NCBI GenBank assembly: GCA_043228905.1
Contig: JBHGNT010000841.1
Coordinates: 1-14,771 of the forward strand
DNA: 14,771 bases
Reading direction: 5' to 3'
Origin: Azolla caroliniana
Lineage: Eukaryota > Plantae > Polypodiophyta
Shown here: piece after piece, positions 8,781 through 14,771 of the stretch
How positions within the stretch are numbered: the first letter of the stretch is position 1
Layout: each line of letters opens with the position of its first letter
Notes under the pieces: generated by a model
What the model saw: only the letters and a program-made list of their open reading frames with translations
Databases searched by the model: none
What the model was told of the DNA's origin: nothing
Position numbers and translations under genes: made by a program

Positions 8781-11700
8781 CTGAGAAATAGGGAAAACTT
8801 CTTTAAATAAAATAAAAAACAAAAAGACTCAAGAAATAAATGGTTTAAAAAACAAATAAAACTTTCAAATTGTTTTTACATAACAAAAATAAAAGGAGGC
8901 AGTTTACAAAATGATGTTGTCCTGAATATACGATTGTAAAAAATGCTCTCCAAAACCATTGAATCAAACACAAACAAATAAATGTTTAAAACATTCAACA
9001 GTGACATATAAACCACGCAAACAAATCACTAAATCAGTCGACTCACTTGGGATATGTCCGACCCAAATCTCCATGTACAAACTCCTTTACATATGTTCCA
9101 GCCTGTGAGTAAAGCATAGAATTATGATTTAGACTCAATTAATAAGTTTTGTTTCAATTAATAAGTTTTGCATGCAAGATTTGACCTGGGTGCATAGTTG
9201 TAGCAAAAAGTATTGCTCGGTTCCAGCTATCCTTTTGAGCTGCATCCTTTTTCAAAGTAATAATATGCATTAGTTAGTTTCCAGTAAGTTTGGAATTTTA
9301 GTTTAACTAAACAAGTTCTCTTTAGTTTCGACAATTTAAGATGAGTTAAAACACCATTTCTGAAGCAAAATACAATCGCATCTCATTTCCTACCAATAAA
9401 TAATGCGAGGTCGAACTAACGGACTCCGTCTGTGCAGCACCCTCACAGGTGTTTTCTGTTGTATTTCCTGTAAAAACAAGTCCTATTAGACTCTACACTA
9501 CATGCCCTTTCAAACACTGTATGTTGCAAATCAACTACTACCTAATTAAGTAATGCAATTGCCTACTCTTCATTTGTATCAATTTGGACAATCTTCATTT
9601 TATTCTTTCCCTTATTGCACTATTGTTAGATCCTAGTGACACTAAAATTTAAATAGAGCACGCATTTAGATGATATGCTGATTCCCAGCTCCACAAATAT
9701 CAAGAGAAACAATTAGAACTTTACAAAGATATAAAAAGAAAAGATACACTTCTGACAACGGAATATCGGCAATTTTTCTATTCCACATTTTCAGCTTTTG
9801 AGGGAATCAAACTTTGCAGGATGCCTACTGTGAGAGCAGTTTTTTAATTCCCATTAATTGATAGCAGTCACTTCAGATTTTACAATTTGTGTTGACATCT
9901 CTCTGTATAAAATAAATAATAATAACAATGAAGAATGTAAAAAGATATCTATCCAGTATCCAGTTTTCTTTGCATGGTGACAAAAGACATACCAATTCCT
10001 TCATGCTCGTGATGTTACTGAGTTCTGAATCTTTCACAAGCCTCGATAGCCATATCACTGCCGTGTATTCTTTCTACAAACACATACAAATGTATATAAT
10101 ATATATTATGTGTGTGAATAGGACTAACCAAGCATATGGCAAGTTTATGCTGTCCTCATATTTCACAAACCTAGGTAACAATTGGTAATGGTTCGGTTCG
10201 GTTCAAGAGTGTCAAACTCAAACCGTTTAAAACTGAACTGAACCAAACCATGAAACCGTTTAAACTGAACCGTTACAAAAAAAATTGACCTCAAACCAAA
10301 CGGTTTTAGAGACTTTCAAATCTTTAAACCATTCAACCGTTGAGACCACGGTTTCACGGTTTGGTTTTGGTTTTCAAATTAGGTCAAAACTCAAATTTTC
10401 ACATTTCAATTTTAAAAATTCAACATTTCAAATTTTCATTTGTCAAAATTTAAAGATTTTGCTTAAAATATCAATTTAGGCTTAAAATGTTCAAAAAATG
10501 TTTAAGAAAATTATTGAGAGTCAATCCTAAACCGTAAAACCATTTAAACCAAAAACTGTTAAACTGATAAAGGCTTGAACCGAACCATTTAAACCGTTCA
10601 GCCGGTTTCATGGTTCCGTTCGGTTCAAACTGAACTGTTGCCAATTTAAACTTAGGAAATGACATGATGCAAAGGGCTATATAGTATGTGGCAGGGAAGA
10701 AATTTGAATACCCACCTTCTGGGGATCTTTTGTTTACAATCTCTCCCATAAGGTCAGTGCCCTTCTAACTGTTTATTCATGAGATGCAGCCGCCATACAA
10801 AATATAGTCTTATGACAAATCACTATGTCGGTCATCTTAATACTAATATTGATTTTCATACTAATTTTCATTCTAAATATAATTGCAAATTTTATTCAGT
10901 AATTGCTTAACTATGTAAAGGCATTTCAGTAAGCAGAAATATGCACCTGTTTTTCCGATTCTCCTTCAAGCATCATCATCCAAGCATCATTGCCAACTAA
11001 CTGAACGTTCCTGACTTTTACCTGCCAACTCAACAGCATTGCCCAACCATGCAGCATGTTTCCATAACCATTAAAAACAGATAATTGTCTAAATCCTGAC
11101 CTGAAGACTGAAAGAGAAAACATTTTATCTAGTTTGTAGCAATATTTACCCATCCCTCCTTGGAATCATTAATGGATTCTTCAAGTTTCTGAATTTCATT
11201 ATTTGCTAAGAGAATGCGAGCATTACAAAGCTCCAAAATAAAAGGCCTCCCGTTTCCTAGCATTCTTACCTGGTGAAATCATCAAAAGAGAGTGTTAAAA
11301 CTGCCTATAAACATGTAAACAAATATTGAAATGAATCCATAACACTGATTAAATGTGCACAACCCTGAGTAAAGCACATCCAACACAGCATAATCATTGA
11401 AATGAATCCATAACACTGATTAAATGTGCACAACCCTGAGTAAAGCACATCCAGCACAGCATAAGTGCATAAATCTCTGTATTTTTTAGGCATCATCTTC
11501 CATGCACATAATGCAGGTTCATCCAGTTTACAACATACTGGAGGTATGAAATCTGAAATAGCCTTTCCTGTCATATGATTGGTGTAAACAATGATTTTTA
11601 ATCTTAATATTGAAGAATTGAAATAGGGTCTACTAGAAATTTTCATCTCACATCAATGTCCTCTCTACCAGCAGCATGAAACTTGTAGGAGTCAGCTTTG

Positions 11701-13389
11701 AAGTGAGGAAAGATCACGTCTGCAATTATCTCCTATAATAAAGTCAAACCATTGTGCTATTAGGTAGATATTTACCAGCCAAAGAAATATAATATAAGAG
11801 GACTTACTTGTACTGAACCATCCCCCATGCGCTCATCATCGACCATCCAAGGGCTTTGGCTCAAATTCCTCGAAAACTAACAAATAGATTGGCAATGGTA
11901 ATTTCAGAAGATTCATGACCAAAAGAAAAAAAAGACAAAGAAGGATAGCTCGTATGCAATTAGAACATCACATATGATATACAACCTTGAGATACCTGCC
12001 TCCAATGTATATAGATGTACGATTACAAGTTACACCAAGTTCACAGTATTTACTTCTCTGTAAATAAAAAATAATAAGAGCTAAACACATGAAGAGGATT
12101 CCAAATACATCTATACCAAATATCATAGTGAAGTGCCATCACTTTAAAGTTCAGTAACAATGAAGAGCTATAATTTCATCTGAAGATCGGGCATACCTTG
12201 GGAGGTGGCCATGGATATATATCAGAAAGATCTCCTGGTGACAAGGATGCTAGAGATCGTTGGATTGCTGCTAAGGACTCCGTCTGTCCAGACGATCCAC
12301 CATTTCCGTCATTGGACCCTAAAATGTAAATAATTACAATTTATTGATTCAGACATAGCTCAAGTCTTGCTAGTTCCATAACAGTTCAAATAGGCATACC
12401 ATTACGTTTCCTTTTGCCACTCGTTGGTACAGAGCATCCCAGGCAATCAAGCTCGTTTGATGACTCTGAATGCTTGTAGCTTAGAGAAATTCTAAAAGCT
12501 GACCCAGAGTCATAACTTGCTTCCTGCCAAAATCCTGTTGTTTTAGATAAATATACCTTTAAAAGGTCAAAACAGCTTCAAAAATAAGTCCATGGGAGTT
12601 GGTGAAACAGTTACATCATTGACCAGGTGTTATGGCATCCCCACTCTCATCATCCATGGCTAAGGGTGGGTGAAGATTCATAAACCAAAATCCATGCAAA
12701 ATACTACTACCATCTAGGTACATGAACCATCACATGTCATGAAAGACAGATGACATCATATTTAGATATCTTGTCATGAAAGATACATGAGAATATGAGA
12801 AAAACATACCAACGATTTCTCAAGCACCTTTATTAACACCCATTTCAAAGCTTCTTTTAATGCAACCACATGTTTGCCGACTTGCTTCCCTTGGAAATAA
12901 CTCTCAGAGTCACAGTGGTCTTGGAGATGCTGCCTAACTTCAACATTTGTATGATTAGACGAAATCTTCTCACAAGCCTCTCAATCAAAACAGCACATAC
13001 AAGGGGGGGAAGTCTTACCAAAGAGCACGTTCTCTCACTAATATCACCCCTGGGATTGTCATTTCTAAACAGAAGTCACTGAACCTATGCCCCTGATCCT
13101 TGACAGCTGTTATTATTTGTGCTTTGTATGAAGGGAGATTCTCCTCTCCTTGATCAACTCTTGAAACATCATCTTGACAAAGGTCCAGAATACCAAGGCA
13201 AACAACACAAGGTTTACTAGCGCCCGAAGAACACAAAGCATTATGTGATTTCCCATCAACTGCTTCTAAATCCGAGGACTTTTCCTGCCTTTTAGAGATG
13301 ATATGATCAATAAACCTCCTTGTAAAAGAAGAATCCGAGTACACATCATCATGACAACCAAGAAAACGGAAAATGCATCTTGGGCAGAC
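8702..13389 (-). CDS. PUS10: tRNA pseudouridine synthase Pus10 (Psi54/55), 5'-partial; 14 exons, about 502 aa
   Basis: All introns are GT-AG and phase-consistent. Motifs: CPRC and CVVC (Zn site), YIGGRYLKFSRNLSQSPW, FHAAGREDIDVRMLGNGRPF (catalytic Asp), QKTPVRVLHRR, TQAGTYVKEFVHGDLGRT, ILQLDV. Confidence 0.95.
9047..9102 (-). CDS. PUS10: PUS10 exon (AGTYVKEFVHGDLGRTYP-N)
   Basis: Acceptor ctcacag, donor AA|gtgagt. Confidence 0.94.
9135..9170. repeat. Short direct repeat tcaattaataagttttg x2 (19-bp period) in an 83-nt PUS10 intron
   Basis: 9135-9151 and 9154-9170 are identical. Confidence 0.9.
9186..9246 (-). CDS. PUS10: PUS10 exon (MQLKRIAGTEQYFLLQLCTQ)
   Basis: Acceptor gaaaaag, donor CAG|gtcaaa, phase 2 in and 0 out. 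Confidence 0.9.
9394..9467 (-). CDS. PUS10: PUS10 exon (EIQQKTPVRVLHRRSPLVRPRIIY-W)
   Basis: Acceptor ttttacag, donor TG|gtagga. Confidence 0.94.
9993..10073 (-). CDS. PUS10: PUS10 exon (KEYTAVIWLSRLVKDSELSNITSMKEL)
   Basis: Acceptor tttgtag, donor TTG|gtatgt. Confidence 0.92.
10176..10648. mobile_element. Non-autonomous DNA transposon (hAT-like MITE) in a PUS10 intron
   Basis: Imperfect terminal inverted repeats (aattggtaatggttcggtt / aactgaactgttgccaatt). Many AACCG/CGGTT subterminal motifs, including the inverted pair aaccatgaaaccg / cggtttcatggtt. Near-identical flanking direct repeat aacctagg (10168-10175) / aacttagg (10649-10656). Confidence 0.7.
10947..11021 (-). CDS. PUS10: PUS10 exon (VKVRNVQLVGNDAWMMMLEGESEKQ)
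   Basis: Acceptor ttggcag, donor CAG|gtgcat. Confidence 0.92.
11150..11269 (-). CDS. PUS10: PUS10 exon (VRMLGNGRPFILEL...DSKEGW)
   Basis: Acceptor tcaccag, donor TGG|gtaaat. Confidence 0.93.
11325..11464. repeat. Tandem duplication, 71-bp period, two copies of 69 nt
   Basis: 11325-11393 versus 11396-11464, one mismatch (caacac/cagcac). Confidence 0.95.
11652..11732 (-). CDS. PUS10: PUS10 exon with the catalytic Asp (EIIADVIFPHFKADSYKFHAAGREDID)
   Basis: Acceptor ttatag, donor GAT|gtgaga. Confidence 0.93.
11808..11876 (-). CDS. PUS10: PUS10 exon (FSRNLSQSPWMVDDERMGDGSVQ)
   Basis: Acceptor ttgttag, donor CAA|gtaagt. Confidence 0.93.
11986..12057 (-). CDS. PUS10: PUS10 exon (RSKYCELGVTCNRTSIYIGGRYLK)
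   Basis: Acceptor tttacag, donor AAG|gttgta. Confidence 0.92.
12197..12318 (-). CDS. PUS10: PUS10 exon (SNDGNGG...YPWPPPK)
   Basis: Acceptor cattttag, donor AAG|gtatgc, phase 1 in and 0 out. Confidence 0.85.
12400..12523 (-). CDS. PUS10: PUS10 exon (EASYDSGSAFRISLSYKH...SGKRKRN-G), including a basic NLS-like KRKR
   Basis: Acceptor ttggcag, donor G|gtatgc. Confidence 0.85.
12810..12933 (-). CDS. PUS10: PUS10 exon (QHLQDHC...VVALKEALKWVLIKVLEKSL)
   Basis: Acceptor gttag, donor TTG|gtatgt, phase 2 in and 0 out. Confidence 0.88.
13019..13389 (-). CDS. PUS10: PUS10 exon (VCPRCIFRFLG...CVVCLGIL...RERAL-W)
   Basis: Acceptor atgcag, donor TG|gtaaga. Confidence 0.9.
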
Positions 13390-14363
13390 CTGCATATTAT
13401 TGAGGAGCAATTCATTTGAACGCATAAAATATTGACATGCTTATATCATAAAATCGATTTACTTTATCACAATGTTGCCAAAAGGGCATGCAGGCGTATG
13501 AGAGAATGGTTCCTGTGCTTAAGTAAATAGATTTCATTATTCATAGCAAAAAGCTGCATTTCCTCCTGAATATAGTGATGATTTCACAAACATATAAGGA
13601 AACCATATAATCATTCTCAAATACCAACCTCTCCATTATGTTCCAAGTTGTTAATAGCCTTCAACTTGGGCCAAGCAGAGAAAATGTTACACCATAATAC
13701 TCTTTTACACAAGTCCACCAATTCAATACATGTCAATCGGACGAAAGAGAATGAATCCATACAACTATCTTCGTTTTGTGTGTTATCTTTGCCTGATACA
13801 AACTCACATAACCTTTGCATTGTCATTTGTAATCATATGGCTCTTGTATCCATTGCAAAACTTCACACTGTCTCATTAATGGTAAAATTTATTCCCATTT
13901 TCACAAAATAATTCCAATTAGACTTCTCTGAGTGGTGTGATTGGAGGTTTTGTATGATTTCTATCATTGTTTGCATGAAGTACTACTTTCAAATGTAGTT
14001 TCCAGTGAGCAATATCTAGCTGCATCCATGAACACACAGAATGTATGCATTCACGTCAATGTGGTTACATTGATTATACGATTCAGACACACAATGTAGC
14101 CAATAATATTATTGTAATTTATCACACAGGAATTGGTTTTTAAAAGTTTTCTAAGAAATGATATGGTTTTCACTCGTTGCGTTTTATGGATAAAATGTCC
14201 ATATTGTGACACCAACATTTTAAGAGAAAATGTTATTAATTTATGAAGATTTTTTATGATGAACAAAGCATAAAACCCAGAACCTTAATTTTATCAATCA
14301 TGTCCTATACATTTAAATTATCATGTTTATATATTTGAAACACTTTGATAACCTCATGCATCT

Positions 14364-14440
14364 ATAAGCCCATTTTGTCATCTAAAGTCTCATATATGAT
14401 TGATAAGCCGTAATTTGTAGCCTAAAGTCTCATATATGAT
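14364..14440. repeat. Imperfect tandem repeat, about 40-bp period
   Basis: ctaaagtctcatatatgat at 14382-14400 and 14422-14440, each preceded by ataagcc...tttgt. Confidence 0.85.
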
Positions 14441-14771
14441 GCATAAAGACAATGTGTTCACATTTGCTTTAGCATGTAATGCTTTGATTAAACCAATCTG
14501 AGAGCCTCTAGCTCTTTACATGTGACAAAAATTGTGTTTAATTAAGAAGCATTTTGATTCTTGATTTCTCAGAAGGATATCAACTCTATTTGTATATTCT
14601 CCTCCATTAATAACTACATATTGAGGTTGTCTATATCTGTGATATGATAAGATTACCCCGTGAAGCGTTTCTGGATTACAAGTTATCAGCTTCCATCTAA
14701 AACGCAAAAGCAAATATACAGATAGAATGTGATTGCCAAGTCCATCCACTTCTATGTATGCATAAATTGTT

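Noticed and set aside
10190-10635. AACCG/GGTTC repeats as a CRISPR or telomere-like array
   Set aside because: Eukaryotic intron, no regular repeat-spacer period and not TTTAGGG; better explained as transposon subterminal motifs.
10285-10749. ORFs overlapping the MITE as a possible transposase
   Set aside because: Short, low-complexity, with no DDE, BED or hAT dimerisation motifs.
11325-11464. 71-bp repeat as duplicated intronic C/D snoRNAs
   Set aside because: CTGA motifs are on the strand antisense to the host gene, and no proper box C (RTGATGA) with a terminal stem was found.
11643-11651. Apparent premature stop after REDIDVR, suggesting a PUS10 pseudogene
   Set aside because: GTGAGA is the splice donor; the CDS resumes with VRMLG at 11269.
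12524-12534. Alternative acceptor caacag 11 nt upstream of the PUS10 exon at 12523
   Set aside because: Using it shifts the frame into a nearby stop.
13390-13425. MRSNELLLNNMQ as the PUS10 N-terminus
   Set aside because: It ends in a good acceptor (atgcag) and looks intronic; the real start is more likely in an upstream exon, though this cannot be fully excluded.
13617-14266. ORFs 13617-13826, 13648-13911 and 14051-14266
   Set aside because: No family motifs; consistent with AT-rich PUS10 intron sequence.

Overview
AT-rich, intron-rich land-plant nuclear DNA (lineage not determinable) holding two convergent spliced genes. On the + strand is a serine carboxypeptidase-like (S10, SCPL50-like) gene: 7 confidently spliced coding exons from 2788 to the stop at 6931, plus an uncertain first exon near 1139/1144-1191. 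Its Ser-Asp-His triad is intact and the protein ends in -SKL, a canonical peroxisomal PTS1. On the - strand is a tRNA pseudouridine synthase PUS10 gene: 14 exons from 13389 to the stop at 8702, about 502 aa, with the 5' end unresolved and probably outside the window. Introns carry a hAT-like MITE (about 10176-10648), a decayed duplicate of an SCPL acceptor plus exon start (3181-3297), tandem duplications and simple repeats. The most interesting hypothesis is a dual-frame first exon with two acceptors 5 nt apart. This could switch the SCPL N-terminus between signal-peptide-like and hydrophilic, giving secretory versus peroxisomal targeting. All gene models come from manual translation and splice-phase checking, not from database searches.
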